A model generated the notes under the pieces. The model was given only the letters and a program-made list of their open reading frames with translations, was not told where the DNA came from and ran no database searches. DNA of 64,000 nucleotides from Thecamonas trahens ATCC 50062. Its lineage: Eukaryota; Protista; Apusomonadida. The DNA lies in NCBI RefSeq assembly GCF_000142905.1, contig NW_013657659.1, positions 89,487 through 153,486 on the forward strand, in the 5' to 3' direction. Shown here piece after piece: positions 32,171 through 45,150 of this stretch (position 1 is its first letter; every line of letters begins with the position of its first letter). Made by a program: the position numbers and the translations under genes.

Positions 32171-32396
32171 GTTGAAGCAATCGCCCCCCCCTCCCCCCCC
32201 CGGCGTGTATCGGCGTCGATGTGGAGTACAAGCCGATACAATCCAAATCAGCCCTCGTGTCGCCAGCAGCGGAGTGGAACCTCTCGCCGCCCAGCACCAC
32301 CCGCCCGACTGCCCGACTCACCCACAGTTCCCCCCCACCCACACCTCCCGCTACCCCTACCCCAACCAACCCCCACCTCTCTACAGCCAGCAGGGC

Positions 32397-35300
32397 ATGA
32401 GTGAGTCAGCCCGCAAGGCGATAGAACGCTACCTCCGCCCCGAGGAGACGGTTGTCATTGTACGTCCTCTTCCCATGGTGCCAATTGCCGCACATGGGTG
32501 GTCATGGGAGGGCAGGAGGGGAGGGGCTGTGGCCTTGTGCCTGTGTTTTTTGGTGAACACCCAGGGGGGAAGAGCCAGGGCCGGGGGGAGGGGCCAGGGG
32601 GTCACAGGGACGGACGGACATCGTTATGGGACTCATGGCTTGTGACGGAAATGTGGCGGGGGGATGTGGGAGGTGTAGGCATGCGAGGCCAAGTTTCTGA
32701 AGAAGACGTCGGGGAAGATGCGGGCGCGGATGATTGCACTTGTGCAGAGCGGGCCGGCGCGGAAGCGACAAAGTGCGGTGATGACGCTCAAGTCGAAGCG
32801 GTTCTCGCAGCCGATCCTCAAAGGAGTCTACCCAATTACGCCTGCGTTTCGGTGCAAGGGCCTCGGCGGCGACAAGTTCTCCATCTCGTATGAGGGCGTG
32901 GCGTCGGGCGAGGAGTATGTGTTTGAGATCTCGCGGGTGAGCGTGAAAGAGATGCTGGTACCGATGATGACGGCGCTCAAAGCTGCGCGTGAGGCCGGGG
33001 CTGTGGCGCTAGACTGGCTCTCGTACTACGCCATTGTGGATCAGCCGGATAACGAACCCGAGCTGGCGATGGCGACGGCGTCCGGAGCAGGACCGGTGGT
33101 GTCTTCAGCGGCGGCGAGCCGGGCCGGTCCGTCTGCAGGCTCGGAGTCTGAGAGCGACGATGAGGAGGGTGCGGAGGATGGAGGCGATGATGGTGGCAGG
33201 CTGCTGACGGTGGGCGGCGGGGCCGGGTCGAGTGGGGCGGAGATGAACAGGCGTAAGGGCTCGGTTGTGTCCTCGGACGGAGGCGGTGATGACGAACTGC
33301 ACAACCCGCTCATCGGGACCTCTGGACGTGCGCTGTCGAACCCGGACGCGGTGATGGACATCAAAGAGCAGTGGATCCAGGAGCAGATGCTTGTCCGTGA
33401 GGACGAGTTTACCGACAAGGTCCCGTTCCGGCTTTTTGTGGGCACGTGGAACGTGAACGGCAAGAAGCCTGGCGAGGAGCTCGACCCGTGGCTGTGCGCG
33501 CACGACGAGCCATCGGACATCTACGCGGTCGGCTTCCAAGAACTCGACCTCTCTGCTGAGGCCTTTCTTCTCAACAACACGACGCGGTCAGCGCCGTGGG
33601 AGCAGCACATCGAGCAGGCGCTGTCCAAGCACGGTGACTACGTGCTCATCACGTCGAAGCAGCTGGTGGGCATCCTGCTGTGTGTGTATGTGCGGACCGA
33701 GTTTCTGCCGTACATTTCGGACGTGCAGACGGACGTGGCGGGCGTGGGCGTGATGGGCGTGATGGGCAACAAGGGTGGCGTGGCCATCCGGTTCCGGTTC
33801 CACGACTCGCGGTTCTGCTTTGTCAACTCGCACCTTGCAGCGCGGATGGGCAACGTGGCGCGGCGGAACCAGGACCACAAGGAGATCTGCCGGAGACTAG
33901 CATTTCAGGTCGGCGGAGCTTCCAAGCCGTCGGGCGCCGGAAGCGAGGCCGACTCGTCGGCGAGAGTTGCCGCCGACTCGGGGCGGGCGTACGGCATTTT
34001 TGACCACGACTACTTGTTCTGGCTTGGCGATCTCAACTACCGCATCTCTACGCTGGCCGACGCGCAGATCAAAGCGCACGTGGCGGCCGAGGAGTGGGAC
34101 GCGCTGCTCGAGCACGACCAGCTGATGGTGGAGCGGAGAGCAAAGCGAACGTTTGTGGGCTTTGCTGAGGGCCAGATTGACTTTAAGCCGACGTACAAGT
34201 ACGACCCGGGCACCTCGCGGTTCGACACGTCGGAAAAGAAGCGCTCGCCGGCGTGGTGCGACCGGGTGCTGTGGATTGCGCGCCGGTCGGTGCTGAACCA
34301 GCACTTTTACGGCGGCCACCACGAGCTGCTCACCTCAGACCACAAGCCGGTCTCGGCGGTCTTTACCGGCGAGGCCAAGATTGTGGTCAAGGAGCGCAAG
34401 GCGCTCATCTACCACTCGGTTGTCCGCGAGCTTGACCAGCTGGAGAACGAGTCGATGCCCGACGCCACGCTCTCGTCGTCGACCTTTGACTTTGGCACCG
34501 TCCACTTTAAGGAGCCGCTCTCGCAGTCGCTTGTTGTCCACAACAACGGGCAGGTCATGATCCACTTTAGCTTTATCCCCAAGCCCGGTGACACGCAGCG
34601 GGCATACTGCAAGCCGTGGCTCTCGATTGAGCCCGAGCGTGGCCTGCTGATGCCCGGCAAGTCGGCCGAGGTCATGCTCACGCTCACGGTCGACAACGAG
34701 TGGGGCACCCGGCTCAACCTTGGCGAGGAGGAACTGGAGGACATCCTCATCCTGCACCTCGAGAACGGCAAGGACTACTTTGTCAACGTCCGTGGCGAGT
34801 ACGCAAAGTCGGCCTTTGGCGCCTCGCTCGACCACCTGTGCCGGCTGGCGGGGCCGATTGCCGCCGCCGGCTCATGCGCCACGCCTGACGCCCCCGTTCT
34901 CTCGGTGCCCAAAGAGCTGTGGTGGCTTGCCGACTACCTCTACACACACTCGACTGACGATATTGGGCTGTTCCAGGAGTCAGGCGATGAGGCCGAGCTC
35001 GCCACCATCCGTTCGCTGCTGGACTCGGGCCAGGGCCTGCTCGCGTACTCGGGCTCCATCCACTCAGTCGCCGAGGCCCTACTCAAGTTCCTCGCCTGCC
35101 TCGCAACCCCGGTCATTCCCTTCCGAATGCTCCCGCGCGCCATCGAGGCCGCCGCTTCGCCGCAAGCCGCTATCGACCTCGTCGGCGTCCTCCCGGCCAT
35201 CAACTACAACGTCTTCACCTACCTCATGGCATTCCTCCGCGAGCTCACCGATCTTTCGCCGTCGCTCACCCCTCACGCCTCGCCTACGTCTTCTCCTCGG

Positions 35301-35458
35301 TACTCCTCCGGCGGCCAGACGCCCAGGACGCACACATGATGGCTCGCCACTCCTCCAAGGTCTCCGAGAAGAAGGCCAAGTTCATCCTCACGTTTTTGGG
35401 CGACAACCTCCCGCTCCTCCCTCCCGATGTGCTGGCTGCTGACAACGATGAGGAGTAG
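32397..35458 (+). CDS. INPP5B/OCRL-type inositol polyphosphate 5-phosphatase (PH-like, 5-phosphatase, ASH, RhoGAP-like); intron 32460-32678; apparent frameshift ~35272
   Basis: Motifs GTWNVNGK, GFQELDLS, GNKGGVAIRF, FWLGDLNYRI, PTYKYD, PAWCDRVLW and SDHKPV. ASH motif DILILHLENGKDYF. RhoGAP-like GLFQESG has Gln in place of the Arg finger. A shifted frame gives LAYVFSSVLLR..KKAKFILTFL..EE* ending at 35458. Confidence 0.92.
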
Positions 35459-35599
35459 CCGACGTTGTTATCGTGCTGCAAAAGAGTCTCCCTTTTCCCT
35501 GCTGCCCCATGTTCCCCCCCCCCCCTCCCCCCATTCTCTCCCACTCTCAGCCCCAGCCCCCACACCACACTTCCCCCCTCCCCCCTTCCCCCGTCTCCT

Positions 35600-36180
35600 A
35601 TGCAGTTTATCCATGACAAGGTGGTCACTCCCGTGGTCCAGGTGATGAAGTCCGGTACGCACCCCCCCTCATTCCCGCACCCCCCTTCCCCCCTCCCCCC
35701 CCCCCCCCCCCTCCCGCTACCCCCCCCTCCCAGACTCCCACACACTCACCCCTACCCTCCACCATCAACACAGGAACGACACCCGAAGCCATTGCCGATG
35801 CGCTCGGCTGGGGCGTGATGGGCGGGATCTTCCCCATTCCGGGCCTCACCTCGCTGCCCTGCCTCCTCCTCGCCTACCTCCTCTCGCTCAATGTGGTCCC
35901 GGTCATGGCCGCCAACTTTGCTGTCACCCCGCTCAACCTCGCCTCGTTTGTGCCTATCATCCGCCTCGGCGAGTGGGCCTTTGGCCTCGATCATCTGCCC
36001 ATCGCCATCGAGCCCTTTACCACCGATCTCCTCTCTGCACTCTCCGCCTTTTGGCGCTCGCTTCTGGCCGGCGTCGCCGCCTGGATCCTCCTCCTCCCGC
36101 TTGCCGTCATCATCTCGTGGACCCTCCGTCCGGTCATCCGCTCGCTCTCGGCCCGCGTCCGCGCTGCCGCCGAGGAGTGA
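35600..36180 (+). CDS. DUF2062-like small membrane protein; intron 35655-35773
   Basis: Spliced MQFIHDKVVTPVVQVMKSGTTPEAIADALGWGVMGGIFPIPGLTS..AANFAVTPLNL..PIIRLGEW matches the DUF2062 pattern. Confidence 0.75.
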
Positions 36181-36186
36181 TGCGCT

Positions 36187-39100
36187 TCACGGAAGAGCTG
36201 CAAGGAGGTCGCGGAGGCTCGGTGCGGCCGTGGACTCGGCGATCGAGGCCTCGTCGGCCCCGCCAACCTCGTCCGCTGCTGTCGCTGCGCCGAGCACCCG
36301 ATCCACAAAGTCTGCGCTAGCTGCCGCAGGCGGCCGGCTCACCCGACTCAGATAGCCGTCGATGGCCGAGCCGCCTGGCGCTAGGCTCGAGCTCGACGTC
36401 GATGGTGAGCTGAGCTCCGCAAGAGACGGCTCTTCTCCGCTGCTCTCCATGCTCATTAGCGACGGGTTTCCGGCGCTGTGGAAGCGCAGCAGCCGGCGCA
36501 GCTCCTTCCGCTCGTCATCGGCGACAAGCGGGTTGTTTTCGGCCTTGCTAAGTACCCGCTGAATAAACGAAGAGCGGCGCCAGAGCCGGATAACGGTCAG
36601 GAGGCGGAGGCGAGCGCGGCGCCACTTGGCACGCATGCCTGACCGGAGCGCGTGCCGTGCGGCGTGCAAAAGGTCGACATCCATCTGTGGGTCCATGTAC
36701 GAGTATGCCATCTCAGCCAGTTGATGCCCGTCGAGCTGGATGCTGAGCTTGGTCGGGTCGTCTGGATCAACCGAGGCCACTGCCGGCGAGCCGATCATCG
36801 ACTCGATGCGCGACTCGAGCGCCGACGCCATGTCGATGATGGCGATTTGGGCGTCGAGCTCGACGCACGCCGCATGCGGGGAAGCCCGCAGCACAAGGAC
36901 CTCGTGCTCGGCAGCAACCAAGACGTCCTCGGACCGATTAAGGTACTCGACCGAGGTAATCGGCATGCCGAGATCGAGAACGTGGACGCAGAGGAGCTTG
37001 TCTAGGTCCCACACCCGCAGCGTGCCATCGTCCGAGCTCGAGACTGCGTGTCTCGCGCGCGAACATAGATCCAACGCGGTGACAGCCCCAGTATGACCCG
37101 TAAGCTGGGTCAGCTGCTCCGCACCATAAAGCTTGTGAGGGCTAGTCTCGTGCGAGCCTGGCTGCCGGAGCAAGGCCATCGGATACACCCGTCCGACGGT
37201 CGAGCCGAGGAGGAGAAAGCCGTGGCTCGGCGCCACCGCCACCGCACTCACCACCATGGCCGTCGTCAGCATCAGCGCCGACGTGGGCGTATCGCTCACC
37301 TCCACGCCGACTTGCCTCAGCGGCTGGCTGGCAATGGCAGAGAGCGGAGCGTACAGGAGCTCGGCCGACGTCGCGACACAGATCAGTGAGTCCGGCTCCG
37401 GCCCGCGGCCCGGAAGCACAAACATGGAGCAGATCGGAAGCCGCGAGGCAAGCGCAGGGCTGGCCCGGAGCTTGCACCCGCAGTGCGGGCACCACACACC
37501 AAACGTGCCATCGCCAAAAGCAATGGCAAAGACGTACCACGGGAGGATCCGCGGCGACGGGTGCGTATGCGGCGGAAAGAGCTTGCGGTGCAGAGCCTCG
37601 GCGTCGTCTCTGTACCGCCAGTACCGGTCGAAGAGGGTCGTCGAGTCAAGGTCAGCCGAATCGGGCGCAGACCCGCCACGCCGTGCGTTGATCAGCACCT
37701 CGCGCCGCTGCAACAGGTCGGCCTGGATCGACGGCTCGAGAGCGCCAAACTCCGAGTCCTCGTTGGCCGCCCGTGCGCGTTCCACCGCAAGCAGCGAGGT
37801 CGAGCTCTGTAGATTGGCAAAAGCGTCGGCAACAACATCATCGATCGGCTGCCGCCCACGGAGGTTGGCCTCGGCGGCTGCAGCGGCAGCATTGGCATCG
37901 TCAGCGGCAACCTGCTCGGCCACAAAGGCCTCCACCCTAGCACGGACTCTGGCCTGCGGCGAGACGTGCTTCTTGATGCCAAGGTCTGCAAGCGAGGCAG
38001 AGCCAGCAACTTGCTCGCTCGCCACCTCGAGGTAGTCCATCGGGCGGCTGGCAGCCCGCGCAACATCGATCTGTGCGCACATGACCGAGCACTGCGGGCA
38101 GACATCAGCCGAGACTCGAACAAGCTGCCAGGTTGTGATCGGTGAGACCGGCGTCTCCTCCAGCGGCAGCAGGCTATCGGTTCCCAGCGGAAGGATGCGG
38201 TCCGAATCCTCAAACGCCGAGTACTCGAACGATGGTCGGACCAGCTCAACGGTGCCGTCTGAGTAGCCAAAGGCGAACCGGTCAAAGGCGGCCAGATACT
38301 CAAACTTGACGATGGTGGCCTGACTCGACGACGTCGCTCCGGTATACGAGGAATCGGCCAAGATTTCCGAGATGGCGTGCGCGCGCGCGTCGCGCTTCAG
38401 CGCCGTCAGCTTGCCGCGGACAGCCTCGGAGAGGGCGGAAAAGTCGAGGTACCGGTACCGCGCTCGCCGGTTGCGGAACTCGGTGTCAAAGACGTGGAGC
38501 GTCGACGTGGTGTCGCAGACCAGCGTCTCGCCCGCAAACGAAAATCCGGCTGCAGGCATCGTCGTGAGCTGGACTGAAACAACCGGTGCCGCGATGGAGA
38601 GAAATGGGAGAGCTGATTGGTGGAGCAACACACTCGCCACCTGGTTCCCGGCCCGCGCCAGCACACACGCGCCTTCGCACCGCGACTTTCGGTCAAGAAC
38701 CGCCGAGCTCGCCCCTCTATCCCGATCACCTGCGCTGGTCGGCGTGGTTGGCACGCTGGCGCCCAACCCGAGCGGCGGCGGTGCAACGTCGGCAGGGAGA
38801 AACAGCAGCTGCACCGCCGGAACACGAAGCCGAATTGGATCCCACGACCGGGCATGCGGTGGCGGTGGATCGCGGTAGCCCTCAAAGCCGACTGGGTAGG
38901 CGAGGGCAAAGCGGGCGAGCTCGACGCCGGCTGACGTGTCCCACAGAACGATGAGGCCGTCGTCGCCGGTCGAGAGCAGAAGTGCGTCGGATGCAACCGC
39001 GAGGTGCGTTACTGGATGGGTGTGTCCGGTGCAAGTCACCTTGAGGTGGCAGGCGCCAGTGATGATGGACCAGGCGTGGATGGCGTAGTCGGCAGCGACG

Positions 39101-39906
39101 GTAAAGACAACGCCGGCAAACGGCTCAAACGCCAGCGCGGTGATGGTCGACGCGTGAAGTTTGGAGAAACGGAAGAGCACCTCTCCGGTGTCATACGAGA
39201 GCACCACCAGATGAGAAAACTCGACGCCGAGGACTCGCGCGTGGACGTGATCGAGGACAAGCTTACCGAGCCACTCGGTCTCGTTTTCCGTGTGGACAAG
39301 CGGAGTAAGCGTGGCGCCCAGATCCGACGACGTGAGCTTGGCCGAGCGGACGTGGCGATGCGGAACAGCCAGATGCCAGACACAAAAGAGGCCCATGTTG
39401 AAGCCGGCAAAAAGCTCATCGCGGTGCGGGTGCCAGCCAAAGCCCATGACCGAGAGCGAGGTGTGGGTGGCGAGCCGCGACGATCGGGTGAGCGACGCAT
39501 TCCACACCACCACATCGGACGAGTTGACAACGCCGACGTAGACGCCGTTGCCGACGTGTGGCATGTATGTGAGGAACTCGAGTCTGCCATCAGTGGGGAC
39601 GGTGGCGATGGGCTTGGCCAGCGGATCAGCCCGCCGTGCCGCCCCGCCACGCCATCCTCCCGATCGGGTCGTGTAGCCATACAGCGCCAGCACACCCGTA
39701 TCGGCCACGGCCACATGCTGTTCCCGGCTGTTGTACGCCATACACACCACATCGAAGCGGGCTTCCGGCAGCCGCGAGTGGAACGACAACTTGAGCGGAT
39801 TGGCCGCCTTGGGCGCCAGCAGCGCCTTGAGACTACGCCGTCCGCTCGTCCTTGCCTCACGCCCAGCCCACCGTCCTGCCGCCTCGCCATCGCCCTCGCC
39901 GTCCAT
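36187..39906 (-). CDS. Large WD40-repeat protein
   Basis: WD repeats TGHTHPVTHLAV..LLSTGDDGLIVLWD, HASTITALAF..AIHAWS and TGHTGAVTALDL..SSSDDGTLRVWD; 1239 aa. Confidence 0.8.
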   Translation of the reverse strand: MDGEGDGEAAGRWAGREARTSGRRSLKALLAPKAANPLKLSFHSRLPEARFDVVCMAYNSREQHVAVADTGVLALYGYTTRSGGWRGGAARRADPLAKPIATVPTDGRLEFLTYMPHVGNGVYVGVVNSSDVVVWNASLTRSSRLATHTSLSVMGFGWHPHRDELFAGFNMGLFCVWHLAVPHRHVRSAKLTSSDLGATLTPLVHTENETEWLGKLVLDHVHARVLGVEFSHLVVLSYDTGEVLFRFSKLHASTITALAFEPFAGVVFTVAADYAIHAWSIITGACHLKVTCTGHTHPVTHLAVASDALLLSTGDDGLIVLWDTSAGVELARFALAYPVGFEGYRDPPPPHARSWDPIRLRVPAVQLLFLPADVAPPPLGLGASVPTTPTSAGDRDRGASSAVLDRKSRCEGACVLARAGNQVASVLLHQSALPFLSIAAPVVSVQLTTMPAAGFSFAGETLVCDTTSTLHVFDTEFRNRRARYRYLDFSALSEAVRGKLTALKRDARAHAISEILADSSYTGATSSSQATIVKFEYLAAFDRFAFGYSDGTVELVRPSFEYSAFEDSDRILPLGTDSLLPLEETPVSPITTWQLVRVSADVCPQCSVMCAQIDVARAASRPMDYLEVASEQVAGSASLADLGIKKHVSPQARVRARVEAFVAEQVAADDANAAAAAAEANLRGRQPIDDVVADAFANLQSSTSLLAVERARAANEDSEFGALEPSIQADLLQRREVLINARRGGSAPDSADLDSTTLFDRYWRYRDDAEALHRKLFPPHTHPSPRILPWYVFAIAFGDGTFGVWCPHCGCKLRASPALASRLPICSMFVLPGRGPEPDSLICVATSAELLYAPLSAIASQPLRQVGVEVSDTPTSALMLTTAMVVSAVAVAPSHGFLLLGSTVGRVYPMALLRQPGSHETSPHKLYGAEQLTQLTGHTGAVTALDLCSRARHAVSSSDDGTLRVWDLDKLLCVHVLDLGMPITSVEYLNRSEDVLVAAEHEVLVLRASPHAACVELDAQIAIIDMASALESRIESMIGSPAVASVDPDDPTKLSIQLDGHQLAEMAYSYMDPQMDVDLLHAARHALRSGMRAKWRRARLRLLTVIRLWRRSSFIQRVLSKAENNPLVADDERKELRRLLRFHSAGNPSLMSMESSGEEPSLAELSSPSTSSSSLAPGGSAIDGYLSRVSRPPAAASADFVDRVLGAATAADEVGGADEASIAESTAAPSLRDLLAALP

Positions 39907-40122
39907 TCGTGTAGGGAGGGGCGGGAGGGGGAGGGGGGGAGAGACGTTGGTGGGTGATGTGGCAGGAGGTGTTTGGCTCTGGCTCTGGCTCTGGCTCTGG
40001 TTCTGGTCAGGTGGTGTGAGGGGTCGGCCAACCAAGCCGTGCCCGTCCGTCGCGCCGGGCTAGCCCCTGGGCCCTCGGCGTGACCACCCTATCTTCACTC
40101 CACTTGGCAAGGTCGAAGCAGC

Positions 40123-43100
40123 ATGTCTGTGCTGAGTGAGGCCAACAAGCTGAAGCAGCAGCTGAACATGTGCTTGGACTCGAAGGACGCCGAGCTCCGT
40201 CTGACCACCATTCGTAAGGTCATCCAGAACATGACCCTCGGCATGGACATGTCGCTTCTGTTCACAGAAATGATCAAGGTAGGTCACACAGAGGCAGAGT
40301 TTGGCAGGGGGGGGGGGGCGGGGGGGACCGCCGCCTGGACTCGAACCCGTNNNNNNNNNNNNNNNNNNNNNNNNNNNNNNNNNNNNNNNNNNNNNNNNNN
40401 NNNNNNNNNNNNNNNNNNNNNNNNNNNNNNNNNNNNNNNNNNNNNNNNNNAGCGCGTAGTGGTGCGCCCTCGATATCGACAGCCTCGGCATAGAGATACG
40501 CCAGACGCGTCACTGGACGCTCCCCCCACATCTCATTGACTCCTTAACTAATCTATTAAGAAGAAGGAACTCTAGTCTAGATATTGTCCACCTTTCTAGG
40601 GTGGTGGCGGTGTCGGCTGCGGGCGGAGGAGAGTAACGATTGTGTCCGCAAAAACAGAAACCCGCTACCGACCCCAAGCCGATTTCACCCACTTCCTTCC
40701 TTTTTTTAATTTAGGGGGGGGAACCACCCCGGCGCCTGGATGAACCCCGTCAACATGCCTTGCATCTCCAACGTTGCCTTTTTCTTCCCTCTCAGCTCGT
40801 TTGTCTTCCTTCTCCCTCCTTGCCCTTGCCCTTGCCCTCGCCCTTGCCAGCCGTGTCCGGCCTGCTGGTGGTGGTGCTTGCTCCAGCGGTGTGATCGACC
40901 AACCCATGGCTACGGCAACAGTGCGACCTTTTACTGACGATGACGGGGTGTGCATGGCGTGGCGGGCGGCGGCATCGGATGATGATAGGCTGCGGTGACG
41001 CGTGATCTGGCGCAGAAAAAGCTTGTGTATCTGTACCTGGCGTCGTATGCCGAGTCGCATCCAGACGTGGCGCTGCTTGCGGTCAACACGCTGCAGCGCA
41101 ATGCAGCCGATGTCGATCCCATGGTGCGCGGGCTTGCGCTGCGGACACTGTGCTCGCTGCGGCTGGCGAATCTTGCCGAGTACACTATTCCTGTTCTCGC
41201 CAACGCGCTGGGCGATCCATCACCGTATGTGCGCAAGACTGCAGTGGTGGGGGTGGTCAAGATTGCGGCAGTTGCGCCGAATGCGGTGGCAGCGGCCGGC
41301 CTGCTGGACACGGTGCGGCTGATGGTGCAAGACGTGTCGCCTGCGGTAGTGTTCAATGCGGTGATGGCGCTGCATGAGATTGCGGCGCCGCAGGGCGGGA
41401 TTGCGCTGACGGAGAAGCTTGTGCTGTATGTGTTCAACCGGCTGCGCGAGTTTGACGACTGGGCGCAGGCGGCGCTCATCACGCTGTGCCAGGATTTTGT
41501 GCCGAGCTCGGACGAGCAGCGATATGCGCTTATGGACGTTCTCGACGCGCGGCTGCAGAACCTCAACTCGGGGGTGGTTCTTGCCGCCATCTCGATGTTC
41601 CTGAGGCTGACCCAGGACGTGCCCGAGATGCATGCGCAGGTACTGGCACGGGTCAAGGCGCCGCTGATTACGACGCTGTCGCGGGCGTCGCCGGAGATGG
41701 CGTACAGTGTCCTGCAGCACTGCCGGCTGCTGGCGGACCGAGCGCCGGCGGTGTTTGCCGACGAGTATACCTCGTTCTTTGTGCTGTACTCGGACCCGCC
41801 GTATGTTGTGGAGCTGAAGCTTGCGCTGCTGGAGCAGATTGTGACGCCCGACAACTGTTCAGCGATCATTGCCGAGCTTGCCGAGTATGTGCGCGACGTG
41901 AATCCTGCGACTGCAACGCGGGCGCTGCGAGTGCTGGGCTCTGTCGGCCTCGCGCTTGTTCCGGCGGCCAAGTACGTGCTGCGGGAGCTGTTCTCGTTTC
42001 TCGACTCGACGACGCCGTACGTGGTCGACGGCGCGGTGGTGGTCATGAAGGATCTAGTGCGCAAGTACTCGGACCTTGCGCCGCACCTGCTTGACCGGAT
42101 CCCGGCCATCCTTCCGCGGGTTGCTGATCCGGGCGCGCGCACCGTCCTCATCTGGATGCTCGGCGAGCATGGCGAGGGACTGGAGCGGGCGCCGTACATG
42201 CTCGAGGCGCTGGTCGCCGACTTTGAGTCGGAAGATTCGCCTGCGGTCAAGCTCCAGATGCTGACCTCGTGCATGCAGCTGTTCCTCAAGCGACCCGGCG
42301 AGATGCAGCCAATCCTTGGTCAGCTCTTGGCGGTTGCGACGGCCGACAACTCGGTGGCCGACGTCCACGACCGCGCGCTCTTCTACTACCGCCTGCTGGA
42401 AGAGGGGCCCGACGCTGCGCGCGAAGTTGTCATGGCCCCAAAGCTGTTTGTAGAGACGTTTGCAGAATCAGAGCACCCGGAGCTTGTCGACACTCTCTTT
42501 GACGAGTTCAACACGCTCTCGGTCGTCTACCGCGCGCCGTCGGAGACTTTTATCCACCAGCGCGCCCCGTACGTGCTCGGCAAGACGCGGTTTGGCGGCG
42601 ATCCGGCAGCATTTGACTCGGACACCGACTCGGACGACGGCGGATTTGTGGCGCCAGCGGTGGACTCGGGCGCACCTCCTGGCGGAAGCTCACCGGTGGC
42701 GGAAGCACTGGCGCCGGCAGAGTCCGCTCCGGTCCGCGGCGACCTGCTCTCGCTGGACCTGGGCGCTACGCCGGTGTCGAGCGCCGGCCCGGCGGCGAAC
42801 CCGCCGAACCTCGGCATCGAGTCGGAACTGACCGGGGCTGCGAACTTGACACAGGGCCGGTTCCAGGAGCTGTGGCAAGCATTTGGCCGCGGCGAAGAAG
42901 TCGAGTTTCCGATCCAGGCTGCGCTGTCGATGGAGCAGGTGGAGAACACGCTTGGGGCGTTCCGGATCGTGTGCATGGCATCGGGCAGCGTCGAGCCGCA
43001 CCTGGCCAAGTTCTTCTTTTATGGACAGACGCTCTCGGGCGACTACATTCTCATGCAGCTGGTCATCGACACGGCGGCCATGTCGGGCTCTGCGGTGGTC

Positions 43101-43223
43101 AAGACCCGGTCACCGATCCTGACCAAGTTTGTGTCGACAGTGGTCAATGTGCTGTCGGCGGCGTCGATGCGGGCGGCGTCGGCAGGAACGCCGGCGGCGG
43201 CGGCAGCAGCCTCGCTCATTTGA
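40123..43223 (+). CDS. AP4B1: AP-4 complex beta subunit; intron 40279-40988 (contains a gap)
   Basis: Spliced [37 protein letters not shown]. Also DPMVRGLALRTLCSLR, PYVRKTAV, DVHDRALFYYRLL and EFNTLSVVY. A short appendage with only the C-terminal subdomain (FQELWQ..IVCMASG..KFFFYG) fits beta-4. Confidence 0.88.
40351..40450. other. Assembly gap (100 N)
   Basis: Run of Ns. Confidence 0.99.
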
Positions 43224-44806
43224 GGCGCAGGTGGAGGGTGGCGTTGGGAACGAGGCCTGCGGCAGCCAGGCTCTCCGTCGCGTCTGCGTATACCTTGGGA
43301 GGAAAGGTGGTGCGGAGCTCGTAGCGTCCGCGCTCGAGGCCGAGATGTGTGGCGATGGCGTCAAATACAGTGTTGAGCGTGTCGCCGTGGCTCAGCTTGA
43401 GCAGGAGCATCGGCGACGCCACCGACTTGACCCGCAGCGTGGTGATGGCCTTGGCCGAGCTGGGGCGGGCGGTGGCGGACGACGGCACGTTGGCGTTAGC
43501 CACCTCAAGCTCTTTGAGGATTAAAGTGGGGACGACAATGACGTCCGACGGCGACCCGGGCTTGCCGCTCCCGCCGACCTGCAGCAGTTGGGCGACGTCC
43601 GATCGGACGGCGTGGACCTTGCCGTCGCGGACAACGCGCTCCGGGAGGCGGGCAAGGAACTCGGCGGCGCCGACTTGGCGGTCCGCAGCTCGGCTTCCCA
43701 CGCCGTTCTGTCCGCTGACGACAACAGAGCCGTCGGCCGAGCGGCCAGCGCCAGAGAAGGGAGCAACCTCGAGCTTGGGCGTAAAGACCTCGGTTGTCCG
43801 CGGCGTGACGTCAAACGGCACACCATCTGGGTAGCGCTCTTGGAGCTCCGACGGAAAGTAGCCGTCAAAGACGTCGGCCAGAAAGTCGTAAGCTGTCGAG
43901 ACGCCGGTCTCTGGATGCGGCGCAAACGAGCGGAAGATATCGTCGGCCGGCGTCCCCGATCGCGCCATGATCAGGCCGTTGGCATAGAGCGTAACGTCGA
44001 TGGCCTGAACCTGAGCAAGCCGGCCGCCGCGGGAGTGCTCGCTGCTCGCCACAACCTCGGCCGTTCCGTCGCCGGCCACGTAGTTGAGGTGCTTGAACCG
44101 GGCAAGAAGAACCGTGAGGTCGAACGGAAAGACGACCGGAGGGGGCGTAGCCTCGCCGCCGGTGTGATCACCTCCCTCGTTGCCAGGCTCTATGTCGTTG
44201 CTGTCGTCGACGCTGACGTCGTCGTCGTCGTCACTGTCGGAACCGTCGCCGACCCAGATGAGGCCATAGTCGGCGAGAAAGCCATCGATCTCAGAGATGT
44301 GCTTGCGGAGCCGGGCGTTCTCGTCCTGCAGCCCAGCAATGAGCGAGCTCTGGCCATCAGCAGCAGCAGCGCCCGCCTCTAGCTCGGCAATCTTCCGCCT
44401 CAGGACAGCGATGGCAGCATCCTTTTCACACAGCTTGTCCTTCAGCTCAGCGTTTTGCGCCTCGACCCTTGTAAGCCGCGAGACAACGACGGAGACCAGG
44501 CCCGAGTCCGTGGCAGACATGGAAGCCGGACCGACCCGCGATCCGCTGGCCAAGCGAGTCTTCTCCGACGCTACAATATGGCTCGGATTCAAATCGGAGG
44601 GCATTCCTTGGTCAGAGCCACCATCGCCCTCTCCAGCAGCAGCACCAGCAGCAGCAACTTCTTGCTCAAAGACCGGCTTGACCGACCTCGGCGGCGGATC
44701 CAGAGCCAAGTCACGCATCAGCCTTGCCTGCAGTGCCGCATCTGCATCACGATCGCCTGTGAATGCGTTTGACGAGTACGGCGAGGGCCGGAAGACAGGA
44801 AGAGCG
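43216..44806 (-). CDS. UBXN11: UBXN11-like p97/Cdc48 cofactor (coiled coil + SEP + UBX); 5' exon unresolved
   Basis: IDGFLADYGLIWVG; SEP motifs LYANGLIM and FDGYFPSELQERYPDGVPF; UBX motif YELRTTFPPKVY..LAAAGLVPNATLHLR. Candidate acceptor at 44807; first in-frame ATG at 44718. Confidence 0.85.
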
Positions 44807-45150
44807 CTGCGCAAGGAGGGGGGGGAGGGGGGGGTGAGGGTGGGGGGGGGGGGGGGGTGCCTGTGGAGTGAGTGCCGTCTGTGGCGGGTGTTCCACGCGC
44901 GGATGCGCGCCAAAGTTGGCTGCGCAAATGGTTTCGTAGTTTGATTTCTGCAATTGGTTCGGTGGTGTTGGTGCCGGTGCAGATGCTGATGCTCATTGAT
45001 GACGTGAAACGGAGGAGAGGGAGGGGAGGAGGGAGAGAAGCCACAACATCATCATTGGAATGTAAAATGTACATCCCTTTGCCTATACCCTCTGTTATTA
45101 TCATCATCATCATCGTCATCATCATGGTCCATCGATCACCAGGTTTTCGT

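Noticed and set aside
40328-40350. tRNA T-loop/B-box motif GGTTCGAGTCC on the minus strand
   Set aside because: The flanking stem pairs poorly and the sequence runs into the gap, so no cloverleaf can be built.
40451-40730. Odd sequence in the AP4B1 intron, partly resembling an inverted, garbled copy of the exon 2 start
   Set aside because: Contig-edge sequence next to a gap, likely low quality; similarity is fragmentary.
19357-43223. Functional cluster of membrane-trafficking genes (myotubularin, INPP5B/OCRL, AP4B1, nearby lectin)
   Set aside because: Interspersed with unrelated genes; such classes are common enough to co-occur by chance.
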